Shown: positions 49,614 through 62,233, counted from the first letter of the whole stretch. The stretch: 63,498 bases of DNA, filler included, from Hyphochytrium catenoides (GCA_900088475.1; 9 parts of 9 records of this genome joined end to end with filler, not necessarily neighbours in it), one strand, 5' to 3'. A program made the numbers and translations. The notes: generated by a model not told the origin, from the letters alone.

Positions 49614-50584
49614 ACGGGCAACCGCTAAAAGGAAATCTCGCTTTCCTCTCCTTTACGCCCGCTCTCTCTCGTCTCTCTCTCTCCTCGCTCTCTCTCGGTC
49701 TCTCTCGCTCTGACTCTTCTCTCTCTCTCTCTTTTTCGACGTAGTGTGCGTGCTATTGCTCTTTCTCTTTCTCTCTTTCGCTCTCTCTATTCTCTCCGAT
49801 GTTCAGCCTCCTTGCCTTCTCTGCCACAAAGGTCGCTCTGTCTCTGGCTCGGAAGCTGGAAGATGAAGATTCAGAAGCCGATGGCGATCTTCAATCGCTC
49901 GTCCTGACCTATTCCCATCTCGCGTTGCAAATTCGGTATCATGACCTATTAGCCCTGCGTTATCCGGAATAGGAAGAAGAAGAGAAGATTCGCACAACAC
50001 CAACCTAACACCCTCTCTCTCTCTCTCTNNNNNNNNNNNNNNNNNNNNNNNNNNNNNNNNNNNNNNNNNNNNTTAATTAATTAANNNNNNNNNNNNNNNN
50101 NNNNNNNNNNNNNNNNNNNNNNNNNNNNAGAGAAAAAGAGAAGAGAGAGAAAAGAGAGAAAAGAAGTGAGCGTCGTCTCTATGCCAAACAGTGCTCAAGC
50201 ATTTGGAGGACCAGGACGCTGAACTAAAGCACAAAAAACGAGAAGATAAAGAGAGACAGAAAGACAGAGAGGAGAAAAAAAAGAGAGAAAGAGAGAGAGA
50301 GAGTAAGAGAGGACACACAGAGACAGAAAGAAGGCGTGAGACAGAGGAGAGACCGAGACAGAGAAGAGAAAGAAAGGTTAGCTAGGAAATAGCAAAAGCG
50401 AAAGAAAGAGGAGGGAGGGTAAGAGAGGACGAAGAGAGAAAGAGGATGACAGAGAAGGTGGGAGAGAGAGAGAGAGAGAGAGAGAGNNNNNNNNNNNNNN
50501 NNNNNNNNNNNNNNNNNNNNNNNNNAGAGAGAGGAAGAGCGAGAAAAGGGAAGAAAGCTGGAGAGAGAGAGAGAGAGTGATCAC

Positions 50585-51420
50585 CTCCATTTCTTCCTCC
50601 AATATAAATACTCAGTAAATCCGCCTGGTCCTCCACATAGATCCACAAAGAAGAGAACGCCTCTCTCTTCCGGGAGAAGAGGAGGAGAGGAGAGAGGAGG
50701 AGAGAAAGAAGAGTCCAGTTCCGCTAACTTTAAAGCTGCGCGATTCTGGAAGAGAGAGGAAGCGCCAGAGAGAGAGAGAGATGAAGAAGAAGGAGAGAGA
50801 GAGATACTCTCATAAGGATTTGCCCTAGCTCTTGCTCTTCGGTAGCGCGGATAGTCCTCTTCCCATAGATTTCCTAGGACAGCTCGCGCATCGTAAAGAG
50901 AGAGAGAGAGAGCAGGAGAGAGAACAGGAGAGAGAGGAATCTCTCCCTCTTGGGGCGCTTTCCCATAGGTAATGTTAGAAGAGAAATCGTCGAGGTCGAG
51001 TGGGAGAGGAAGAGAGAGAGAGAAAGAGGGAAGAGTCTCCATATCGGGAGTCAGTTCTACTCTTCGATACTCTTCCTCTGCTCTTCTCCATCTGTCCTCT
51101 TCTTCTAGCTCTTTCTCTTTCTTCTCTCTCTCCTCATTCTCTTTCCTCTCTCTCTGGTCTTTCTCTCCTGCATCGTCTCTTTCTTCTTTGGCTCTTGTGA
51201 GGCTTTTTTCTTTGCTGTCTCTGCTCTCTCCTCTCTCTACTTGGGCTCTCCGTCTCTCCTCCTGTGTGTCTCCTATTTCGCGGGGAAAGAGAGAGAAGGA
51301 CGAAGAAGAGTCAGTCTTTCTCCGCTTCTCTCTTTGTCTTTCGGGGACGGAAGCAGTATGATGAATATTCTGCTTCTCTCTCTCTTCTTTTCCTCTCTCT
51401 TTCTCCTGGTTGCCCTGCAT
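50585..51420 (-). CDS. CMTR1: Cap-specific mRNA 2'-O-methyltransferase (cap1 MTase), partial
   Basis: RARARANPYESI...FQNRAALKLAELD...LFFVDLCGGPGGFTEYLYWRKKW matches CMTR1 ([44 protein letters not shown]); splice donor at 50584; downstream exons are not in the contig. Confidence 0.88.
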
Positions 51421-51644
51421 CGCGGTGATCTGTGCCCCAGTTCCTGAGAGACAAAGAGAGAGGCACAGAGCAAAGGAGAGAGAGAGTGAGAGAAACCAGA
51501 GAGAGAGAGAATGAGGGATAGTGAGACTAAGCTAAGAGGACACAAGGGTAGATCTCAAGGGGATGAACACCCTAGGGCAGAGACTGACAACAGAGAAGTC
51601 ATGTCAGCCCTCGTAAGGAGAGAATAGCAGAGGGAGAAGACTCA

Positions 51645-51707
<63 letters not shown>

Positions 51708-53339
51708 TAGAGAGATTGAGAGAGAGAAAGAGTGTTTGGTCTCTTGCTCTCTCTCTCACAGATCAGGAAGGCAAGAAAAGTAGACGTGAGAACCATAAGA
51801 GACCAGCACACCAGCACGAATTACCGAGATTAGCTACCCGGATATTTGTAACGAATATACTTAGCGATCTATGACTACCGCAACTAGAGGGATAAAGTAT
51901 TATCCTCGTGAGCTGTGCTATTTTCAGCCTAACGCTGTTATTTTGGGGTAAATTTGTCTCTGTGGCCCGCTTCTCCCTTTATTTGTTAGGCTTCCCTCTG
52001 ACTCTTCCTCTCCCCTATTTCCTTGACATCTTCATCTCCGATTCTCTCTTTCTCTCTTTTCTTCTTCCTTTCCCATTCTCTGTCTCGCACTAATCACTTT
52101 CTCTCTTACCCCTGTCTCTCTCTCTCTCTCTCTTCCTTCTCTCTTGCTTATTTATGTCTCTCTCCTTCTTCTCTGCTTCGGTTCTCTCTTTTCCTCTCTT
52201 CTCTTTTCTTTCCCTTTTTCTTCTCTCTCTCCATCTTTTTTTCACACTCATTCTTTCTATTCTCTCTCTCTCTCTCTCGATATCTCTCATTGCTCTTGCT
52301 CCCCTCTCTCTCTCTCTGTTCTTCCTTCTCTTTTACTTATTCTTTTTGATATTATTATGTCTCTCTATTTAGCCTTTTCTTTTTTTGCCTTTTGCTTTTT
52401 CATTGACCAGTAAGTACTTGCTCTCTTTCCTTCTTCTCTGTTTTTTCCTGAAGGTCTATCTTCTTAAGAGGGAGAAGCTCTATTTTTTCCTCTTCTCTCT
52501 CTCTCTCTCTCTCTCATGTTTCTCTCTCTCTTATTTTTCTCAATATCCAGTGGTTCTACATAGATAGACGGCCATCAGAGAGAAAGAATAAAAGAAATGA
52601 GGAGAGGGAGACGAAGAAAGAGAGAGAGAGAAAAAAACGANNNNNNNNNNNNNNNNNNNNNNNNNNNNNNNNNNNNNNNNNNNNTTAATTAATTAANNNN
52701 NNNNNNNNNNNNNNNNNNNNNNNNNNNNNNNNNNNNNNNNGAGAGTAAGTGAGAGACAAAGACAAATCAGAGCTCAGTGGACGGTCCCTAGACACCGTTC
52801 TCCTGGCCTTTAGCTCCCCACGGTCTCTCTTCTACACCTGTCCCCACTTTAAGGGGCACCCTTTGATTGTTCCCCGCTGTTGGAGGTGTTAACTTTGGCT
52901 GGCCCGTAGCTCTGTCGTATCCCCTGGACGATTGCCCCAGACGTCTCTCTCGGAGTGCAAGTCTTCCTGACTATTTTGCCCACCAAGAAACCCTACGGAG
53001 TAGCATTAGACGCCAGGAAAAATGTGCCTCTGCAGGTCTCGCAGCTAGTAGAGACAGTGTGGCTTTTCTATCTGCCTGCTTCCATTCAAGCCTCTGTCAC
53101 TTGACTTGCCAGTTCTGTCCTCGGCAATCTGATGTTTTTCTCAGAACAGGTTCTTAAAAAGCTACTCCTTTGTCATCATTTACCATCTAAGAGCTCTGTC
53201 TATCACAGTCCGAACGCTCGGCCTCCCGCGCCTACTTCTCAGACGTCCTTGATCTGTCATATATATCCGTTAGTCCTCGCACTTTCTGAGCTCGAAGAGT
53301 TCGAGTTCCATGTCGTCCTCTGAGTGAGCGTTCAAACAG

Positions 53340-55234
53340 GTGGAAACGCGATGGATGTGTGAGGATACCGCGGAGTACCTCTCTTCAAACCAGGTTAAGA
53401 CGTACCAGCAGCTTGGAGATGAGAGAGTCTACATCACCAAGCAGGAAGTCAATGCCATCAAGGAGATTGGTGATCCAGGTAAGAAAGAAAGCTTAGAGCA
53501 AGGAGGTGGATGTAAAGAAGAACAGGAGAGAGTATTTAAGCTTGCGTGAAGAGAGAAAGGCTTCTCTGAGTTTGAGCACCACTGTGGGTCTAACTCTGTC
53601 TGCTCTCAGGACTCAAATTGCTGGGATTCTATCCGCTGTTTGCACTGAAGGATTATTATAACCTGCGCTCTCCATACTTCTTATATCCCGATGAGGTGAT
53701 GTTCTTCCTCGCTCTCTCTACGTTCCTCTGAGCTCAACTTTGCTTACTGGCCTCCTTCCTACACCCTCTCAAATGAGTTGTCTAGCGCTGGGTCCTTGTT
53801 TCTTAGCCTTACCCTTCTTCCACTACTAGGACGCGATCAAAGGGAGCACTACTGCCTTTATTGCTTTGCACCAGAGCATGCTGAAAAGGAAGGTCTTTGC
53901 CTTCGCAACTATGATCCCCCGGACGAATACGACGATGAAGCTAGTTGCCCTGCTTCCTCAGGTAGAATCTCATCCTAGAGAATAGGCTCCTACGGCCTGG
54001 CCTACGACGTTGGACCCCTTCGTCCTTGGACTGCCAGTATCATGCACTTTTCTTATTTTATTGCCCTTACAATGCCAGGCGGAGATCCGCGATGAGCTTG
54101 ACAACCAGCGCGAGCCGCCTGGCTTCTATGTCATAACTCTGCCTTGGGCAGATGACATCAGACAACTCAATGTCGAGCAGTATCCCACGGGTAACCAGAA
54201 GCTAGTGAACCAGGCTATGCCTGTTGCCCACCTACCTACACGCTTCTGTCCTGCTTCTTGGATCTCTCTGTCCTCGCCTTCGACTCTCAGCAGCCTTACT
54301 GGGAACTTAGAAAATGCTAGGCAATATCTCTCTTTACGTCTTGCGTCTCTGGTTTATCACTTTTCCTTACTTGAGACCATCGCTGCTGGTTCTAACGCGT
54401 CGTGCATCTTCCTCTTTAGCTGAAGAGGAAGACGTAAATGTTGCATCGAAGATGGTCACCGCCTACAAGCTCAAGAAGTTTCAGAGCACCTCCTTTGAGA
54501 ACCCAGGTACGCTTTGTGTTGGCTTTGTTTGCTACACTCTTTTTTAGTAAATGCCCGGTCTCCAGTCATCCAGAAGTTTTGGGCGCTGCTGCAGGCGATG
54601 GCCTTGGAGGAAGAGGAGATAGACTTTGATGATGAAGAGGGAGATCTGATCAAGCCCAGACCGGACGAAGAACTAGGCCCAATCCTTGTAAGCTCTCATA
54701 TGGTCTCTCACTCTGCCAGCTACCAGCTCCTCCTCTCTCATCTCCCAGGCACCCCATCTCTACTCCCTCCGTGTCGTGCTTGCCAGATGTTTGATCTGAG
54801 GCGACAAGTTGTCCGTCTTGGCTGCTTCTCCAGCTTCCTACAGTGTACACTCCTGACTCTCCTCTTCCTCACTGATGGGATTCCCCTCAATCGTATCATC
54901 GCAGCCCAAAATCGAGAACTTCGTGGCTAGGTTTGGCGGCTTTGAGAAGAAGGATACCAAGAGAAAGGTGCGCCTTAGTACCGATATCGGTTTTGTTGCT
55001 GTGCATCCTTGCATTGCTTTTGTGGTGTCACCCTTTCCTCGAACTGTTCCCTAGATATTGTGACTCTAACGTTGTTTCGGCCTCACCTCCTAGCGAGAGC
55101 CGGCGGTGAAGGATGAAGATGCAGAGGAAGAGCACAAGCCCGGCAGAGGAAGAGGGCGAGGAGCTGGAAGGGGAAGAGGCAGAGGTGCGAAGGCAGCCGC
55201 AAGAGGAAGGGCAAAGAGGGGCCGCAAGTCCTAA
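53340..55234 (+). CDS. XRCC6: Ku70, 3' part (exons 53340-53478, 53610-53695, 53830-53961, 54079-54190, 54420-54506, 54566-54687, 54905-54967, 55094-55234)
   Basis: GLKLLGFYP, YFLYPDE, IKGSTTAFIAL, LVALLPQ, PPGFYVITLPWADDIR, FENPVIQKFWALLQAMAL; all splice phases are consistent; the N-terminal vWA part lies beyond the contig start. Confidence 0.93.
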
Positions 55235-55560
55235 AAGAGGTCGTGGAAACAGCGCAGGTCGAGAGACCACGCCTCACATTGAGCAAGAGGTCTGGCTTAG
55301 CCAGCGTAGTAGTACTCAGGGCCGAAGAAGAAAGAGCGGGCTGTGATGCAGCCCAGACCCACTGACAGAAGGTGGAGGAGGACCTAACTGTGGCAGAGAG
55401 AAAGGAAAGGTCACAGCGCAGAGACCATTTGTCGACTTTCAACGTCTTCTGGTCACAATAAATTATAAAACGCCAGGAAAGGAGTGGATCTTCTTAAGCT
55501 TCCCTTCTCTCACTTCTTCTCTCTCCCTCTTTCTCACGGAGTCTGTCTCTTTCCAAATCC

Positions 55561-56948
55561 TCAGACTATGACACAGTTCTGCTCCTCTGGAGAACTTTCA
55601 TCCACTCCAGTCACAGCTCCATTCTCTCCTTGTCTTCCTTCTGCTTCCGCACGCGTAGGAGGAGACCTTGGAGAGGTCTTTTCATTATCAGTTTCTGTCC
55701 AAACTGGCCCCGGTCGCCTCTTAGGCGACGGCAGGGCAGCCAACAGAGGCTTGTCCCAGCTTGTAGTCTGATTGATATGGTCAATGTAGAAGATGCGGCC
55801 GTTCTCTGTCAATTGCGCCTCCCACCCAGGAGGAAGAGGCTCCTGTAGAAGAGAAGGAGTTGCGGGAAGCGTCTCTTTTAGGTCTTCTATGGCTTGACTT
55901 TGCTCCTGAGAGACTGCTATTGAAGCCTCGGACACCGCATCTCTCTCCCTTTGCTTCATTGACGTCGTATCTGCCACCGGTGCTGAGGAAGAAGGAGAAG
56001 CTGTTCGGGTCTCGCTGCTGACCGCTGGCTCAGTCTCCAAGCGTTTGGGGTGTGTGTCAGGGGAACCCAACGCAGCTTCAACACGCGGTTCTCGTCCCTT
56101 AAGAGACAGAGACGGTCGTCTCTCGCTTCTCAATTCGCTAGAGGCCGTGGGCTCCAGGTGCTGCACGGGACTGACCGTCTTCGCCGGCCGCTCCTGTGGC
56201 TCTAAAGTAGGTGTAGGGAGTGAGTGATGGATACCCTTTGATAGAAGCAGGGCGGAAAGAGACTGAAGGTGCTGACGTAGCAGCTTGTCTGATTGCCTGA
56301 GCCCATTAATCTCCATCTTTAGCGGATCCTGCACCAGTCGCAGGCTCCTGATCTCACCCTCCTGCAGGAGTGAAGCAAAGCATGAGCCATAAAGAGAGAA
56401 AGGGAGATAAGGAGACTCGTAGATGGGGGTTGGACACGAATGAGAAGCAAACAAAGGGAGACAGGATTGATTATATGAAGTGCAGGCAGAAGCAGGAGAA
56501 TAAATTTTCCCTCCACGGTTCTATTACCTGCTCCTTTACTCTCTGAGCAAGCTGGTTTGCTTCCTTAGCCTGCCGCGCCGCCAACTCATTCAACGCCAAC
56601 TTCTCAGCTCGGAGCTTCTGAAGACTTTGGGTCTGCAGGGCAAGGAGGCGCTGCGCCTCTTGTGCTTCTCTCTCTGCAGCATACAGCCGAGCCGCAAGAT
56701 CTGTGCTTGCCTCGTCCATAATCTCCGTCTGCACGTCATGCTCCCGTTCTGTGCTTAGTCGCTCCGTCGTTGCTGAGACGTCGACTCTCGCTACGGCTGC
56801 AGCCCCTTCCTTGGCAGAAGGCCTTGGCGTTTTTTCCAGAGCAGCCAATATATTTATAGTGCTCTTTGGCTCGGTGCCGCTATCACCGTTTACCTCGTGT
56901 ACGGCTCTCTCTCCCACATTACCTTCTGTGTAAGGGGCTTTCCGGGGA
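55561..56948 (-). CDS. Coiled-coil + WW domain protein, 5' truncated (exons ...-56528, 56361-55561)
   Basis: WW motif PLPPGWEAQLTENGRIFYIDHINQTTSWDKP; heptad-rich segment LAARLYAAEREAQEAQRLL...; phase-0 intron. Confidence 0.85.
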
Positions 56949-57115
56949 NNNNNNNNNNNNNNNNNNNNNNNNNNNNNNNNNNNNNNNNNNNNTTAATTAA
57001 TTAANNNNNNNNNNNNNNNNNNNNNNNNNNNNNNNNNNNNNNNNNNNNAGAGAGGGGACCAGGGAGTGGAGGAAGTCGAATATAATAAGGCAGGCGAGGG
57101 AGACATCAAAAAGGA

Positions 57116-57218
57116 AAACCAAAGAAGGGAACTGCAAAGGAAGGCGACATTGAGCATAGAGAGTTAAACCAAAGAAGGGAACTGCAAAGGAAGGCGACAT
57201 TGAGCATAGAGAGTTAAA
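57116..57218. repeat. Exact 50-bp tandem duplication
   Basis: AAACCAAAGAAGGGAACTGCAAAGGAAGGCGACATTGAGCATAGAGAGTT occurs twice in tandem. Confidence 0.92.
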
Positions 57219-57436
57219 GGGAAAAACATCGTAGAAGCGAGAAACGAGACGGAATCCCGGGAAGAAGAAGAAGAGAGCACAGAAGCAAGAAACAGCAAGT
57301 CTCTCCAACATCGAAAGGGCTGACCGTCATCGGAAGACAGCGGTGGGAGACTAATAAGGGTCTCTTTGACTTCAGAAGTGATCAGGAGAGAAGGAGCAAA
57401 ACTATCGACGGGAAGAAGAGAGAGGATCGCAGCTCT

Positions 57437-57632
57437 TCATGAGAAGAACAGCTCATCTCTTCGGAGTCCAAAGGGAAGGATCTCTTCTCCTCGCATGTCA
57501 CGCAAGGGTAACGGCGTGGGAGTATAAGCAAAGCAAGGCCGGACAAACATTGGCCACGGAGACGGGCTGAAGAGAATGGAGACGTCAGGGTGAGACATAT
57601 GTACGACACGCTCTCTCTCTCTTCCACTCTCT

Positions 57633-57670
<38 letters not shown>

Positions 57671-57686
57671 TCTTCTCTCTCTCTCT

Positions 57687-57719
<33 letters not shown>

Positions 57720-58484
57720 GTCTCTCTGTCTCTCTCTCTCTCTCTGTCTCTCTCTTCTCCCCCTTCTCTCTCCTCCTCACTCTCTCTCTCCCTCCCCACT
57801 CTCTCCCCCCCTTAATCCTCAATAGGGGAACAAGCAAATCTCTCTAGTCTCCTTTCTCTCTCCTATCGTTACCTTACCTATAGAAACCTCCGTAGTTCAT
57901 CCAGCGTCTTCTTCGTTGTCTTTCTCTCTCTGTTTCTCTCTCCCTCTCTCTTCCTTCCATCACCAATGGATCCTTACAGAGCTTCAGAAAGCCACGGTTG
58001 ACGGCCTTCATCGCCTTCAGATCTCTCAGGGTCAGAGCACGAAGAATCTCTCCTTTCAGTCCTTCGGAGAGCCCGTCAAGTTCCGGAATTTCCTCTTCTT
58101 TGTTAAACAGATGAAGAAATAAGTGAATCCTGATCCGGTCTGAGAGAGACTTGAAGTTGATGGTCATTCTCCCCTCAGAAGGAGAAAGAGAGACTACGTC
58201 GCGCACTCTGCCAGGAGAGAGAGAAGACCTTAAATAAACGCCAAAGTAGACACCGCTGAGTGCAGCAACAGAGTTCTGTCTGCTTCTCCCTCATCTCTCT
58301 CTCTCTCTCTCTCTCTTCCCCTGTTGCTGTAGCTCTAAATATCTCTTTTCTCTCAGTTTTCTCTCTTTTGACTCTTCCTTCCTCTCTCTAAATCTCTCTC
58401 CTGCCTATGCCTTGTCCGAATGATCGCTTCGTTCACGCAGTCCATCCTTTAAAGTACCTTGCATTCTCTTCTCTCTCTCTCTCA

Positions 58485-58547
<63 letters not shown>

Positions 58548-58701
58548 TCTTTCTCTCTGTTGCTGTAGCTCTACATATCTCTTTCTCTCAGTTTTTCTCT
58601 CTTTTAACTCTTCCTTCCTCTCTCTAAATCTCTCTCCTGCCTATGCCTTGTCCGAATGATCGCTTCGTTCACGCAGTCCATCCTTTAAAGTACCTTGCAT
58701 T

Positions 58702-58732
<31 letters not shown>

Positions 58733-59359
58733 GTTGCTGTAGCTCTACATATCTCTTTCTCTCAGTTTTTCTTTCTTTTAACTCTCCTTCCTCTCTCTAA
58801 ATCTGTCTCCTGCCTATGCCTTGTCCATATGATCCCTTCTTTCACGCAGTCCATCGTATAAAGTACCTTGCATTCTCTTTTCTTTCTCTCTCTCTCTCTC
58901 TCTCTCTCAATTTCCTTCTTTCTTCACTCTCTTTCTCTCGCCGTCTTTCCCTCTCTTGCACTTACTGGATAGAATATTGAAAGGTGGCCATCTCCTGTTC
59001 TCCTGGTTGTCTTCCTGCCACAAAGATCAGAAGAGAGCCAAATGATTGCATGCAGCGGAGTTCGAGGTGTGACTCTCTCTCCCTCTGGTCCTTCTGCTCT
59101 TCGTTATTCTCTCTCTCGTGTGGGAAGCAGTATCTTAGAGAGGGGAAGCTCCCTATCTCTGTCTGCCTGAAGACTGACTCCTGATAGTCTTGGTTAGCCA
59201 AGGTGAAGAGAGAGACGATTATCGATGGAAGGGAGAGTCTGCGTTAGGAAGTCTAAAGGACGAAGATGAGAGAGAGAGAGGAGACCGATGACTGAGCAGA
59301 GGAAGAACGAGAAGATAAAGGGAGTACATAGAAAGAAGAGAGGCTGTCGAAAGGGGGGA

Positions 59360-59406
<47 letters not shown>

Positions 59407-59960
59407 TTATCGAGAGGAATGCGAGGTGTGCACTGATAGCGATTGGCCGAAAGAGAGAGAAGAGAGAGCGCAACAGGTTCCTCTTGATTAGTTGGACCGA
59501 CGGAAGAAGAGGACCAGAGAGAGAGAGAAGGCTTCGTAGAGATGCGCTAAGGAGAAAAAAGGCTGTGACTCTCTTGCAGCTCTTTCACCTTCGATCGGCT
59601 CCATGTGGAAGAGAAGCATCACGCGATGGATGGCGTGCACCAGAGCTTCTGGCTCTTTAGCCTCTGGATGCCGGCCAAGAAACGCTGTGTGACTCTCTAG
59701 AAGAGCTTTCCATTCAGCACTTTCTTTCTCCATCTTCCCATCCTCGCCGCCTCCAGTTTCTTTGCCTCTTTCTTTGACTTTCTCCCTCTGGGAACCCTGC
59801 GCATGCTCCATGGTTGTACCTGGAAAGAGCTTCTCTCGTCAGTAGCAGTTGGAGTTCTTTCTCTCTCTCTCGTTCTCTCTCCGATGGCGCGGGCTGACTT
59901 CTGCAGAAGATCATCTTGGAAGACGATGAGCTTCTCCGCTACCTTGTCCAGGCTCTGGGC
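57437..59960 (-). CDS. FBXO7/SKIP22-like F-box protein (FP/PI31-like domain + F-box + Pro-rich tail)
   Basis: EALVHAIHRVMLL (FP-domain helix), F-box LDGLSEGLKGEILRALTLRDLKAMKAVNRGFLKLCKDP, last exon 57566-57437 Pro-rich; exons 58207-57878 and ...-58966 join in frame; 5' structure uncertain. Confidence 0.65.
58321..58880. repeat. Three intronic tandem copies of a ~150-bp unit separated by variable (CT)n
   Basis: Unit CTGTTGCTGTAGCTCTA...CCTATGCCTTGTCC...GCAGTCCATC...AAAGTACCTTGCATTCTC starts at 58321, 58557 and 58731. Confidence 0.9.
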
Positions 59961-60062
59961 CCTAGGTAGAGCAGTCAAGAGAGAGAGAGACAGAAAGATA
60001 TCGTAGGAAAAGAGAGAGAGAGAGGGGAGAGAGAAAGAGAGAGAAAAAGAGAGAGAGAGAGG

Positions 60063-60145
<83 letters not shown>

Positions 60146-60359
60146 CCAGAAGCGGGGAGGAGGAAGAACAGAGCTTACAGAGAAGAACAACAACAGAGGC
60201 AGCAGCAGCTGCGCACACTACTCATAAGCCATAGTTAATATTAGGCAAAGTCATTCCTCGTCCTCCTGTAAAACACACGGGTCTTCTTAGCCCTTGGAAG
60301 TGAAGGCCTTCACACTCTCTCTCTATCGGAGGCTAGACGCTTAGAGCTTCTGCTCCGCC

Positions 60360-61720
60360 TGTTAATCAGAGATCTTGCAAGCACTTCCATCGACGGCCAT
60401 CGTCTCTGGGCGTGGCCTTGGTGGGCTCATCATCACGGGACATCGAGGTCGTCTATGGAGATCTCTTCCGTGCTCTGTTTCACAGAGCAGCTGCGCTAAG
60501 AGGTGGATTGGGCTTGGCATTCGCTTGAGGCGGTGCTGTTTGCCACTGAGTGCTTCCTCCTGCAGGCTAAGCTTCACCACTAGGCTGTACTTGGTCATCC
60601 CTACCACCGTGCCTTTCCGTTCACATCTGCGCTAGCTTGAGACTAGCTGGTAGACTCCTCGCGCAGCCCATTAGCTCACCTCTTCTCTTCCTCTTCGGCC
60701 ACGAGACTCTTCTCTTCCCCTTCAGCTAACCTTTTGCCCTCCCCTGAAGCTAGCCAGTTTCTCTTTCTGTCTAGGTGTTGCTCTTTTCCCTCTTCCCCTT
60801 TAGCTAGCCTGTTGTCTCTCTCCCTCGAGCCTAGCTTTTCTCTTCCCTTCCAGCTTGCCTCCTCTTCCCTTCCCCTCTAGCTCGCCTTTCTTAAAGCAAC
60901 CCGCACTCTCCTTCTTTGGCGGCGTAGCCTGGGTAGCTAGGATGGCCCTCGAATCTCTTCTCGCGCAGAACTCTTCCTATGCACAGCTTCTGCTCTACAC
61001 CTATGCTGAGAATGTCTATGTAGTACATGGTGATGACTTCCCTAGCTCTCGTATGGGAGAAAGAGGTGGATATGGAAAGATGTTCCGCTTCATTCCTATG
61101 CGTGGAAGACGAATGCTCTGACGACGCATTAACGGGCTCAGCATTTAGCTCAAAAGATGGGCATGGCAGCTGTCCATGTTCCTCATAATTCCTGTCCCAT
61201 CTCACTGTGAGGACTTCCTATCTCTGTATGATGGCTCGCAGCAAAGAATGAGATATACATGGAGGCTGTTCTTATTGAGCGCTTGATCCGGTGGAAGACT
61301 GCGTCATACATGTTGAATCTAGTCACGGATAGCCCTAGTAACACTTCTCCCGTTGCTCAGCTGAAAGACTGCCGCTTGGGACAGCGTCGCACCAGCGCGA
61401 TGTATGATAAATAAACACTTATGTCTCCTGGGCAATGAGCTGCAGTGACGCCGTTTCCTTGCTACCTTGACGCGAAGTCGCGTTGGTGACAAAGGAATTG
61501 GCATGGACTCTCGGGCTTTCTAGCACCAGCATTAGACCACACGCGCTCTATTCTCATAAAGAGTTCAGGCTGTGGACGAAGCATGGCACCGAGTGGAGTG
61601 TGAAAGGCAAGGATGTTTTGCAGAGTGAGGGGGAAGCTGGGCGTAGGGGCCTACTTGACAGAGGTCATCTGACCTTCGCTTGCCTTCATGAGCAAAAAGG
61701 CTCGTCTTTAGGCTTCATTT
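60360..61720 (-). pseudogene. Degenerate coding-like sequence, possibly a Mutator-like transposase relic
   Basis: Stop-riddled; GQLPCP (SWIM-like GLPCxH) near 61165, a KLC...GH knuckle-like stretch near 60950-60990 and decayed EEEKRLA-type repeats at 60680-60890. Weak evidence. Confidence 0.2.
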
Positions 61721-62031
61721 GAAGCTTCTGCACCTATCATCTACGCGGTAAGCTTGTCAGAGGGTGCGAACGGATAGAGCAGATTACTTAAGAGGACCCC
61801 GCTACTCTTGAAGTGCGGATGGTAGAAATGGCATAATCCTCTTTATCCTTTTATTTTGATCCATCTCCGCTCAGCGCAACGCTCTTCAAGCGGCGAAGTT
61901 AGACACTCTTAGCATGGTTCGGTTCTAGCTCTCGCCCTTTCTCTTCGATTGTCTCGCCCTTGCCTTCTCTCTTCGATCTGTGGGGATATAGTAACCGAAT
62001 TTCCCACTTTCAGGTGGCTCTCGCAGTTGGG

Positions 62032-62084
<53 letters not shown>

Positions 62085-62233
62085 CTCTCTCTCACTTCCT
62101 TCTCATTCATGGCTGCTTCTGGTCTTTGTCTCTTTCTCAAACTCCCTCATGCCTCTCTCTCCTGTCTGGCTCGATTCTCGATTGGGATAGCGGATCCCCT
62201 GCTCAGCTATCTCTCACCCTCTTGCACGCTGGC

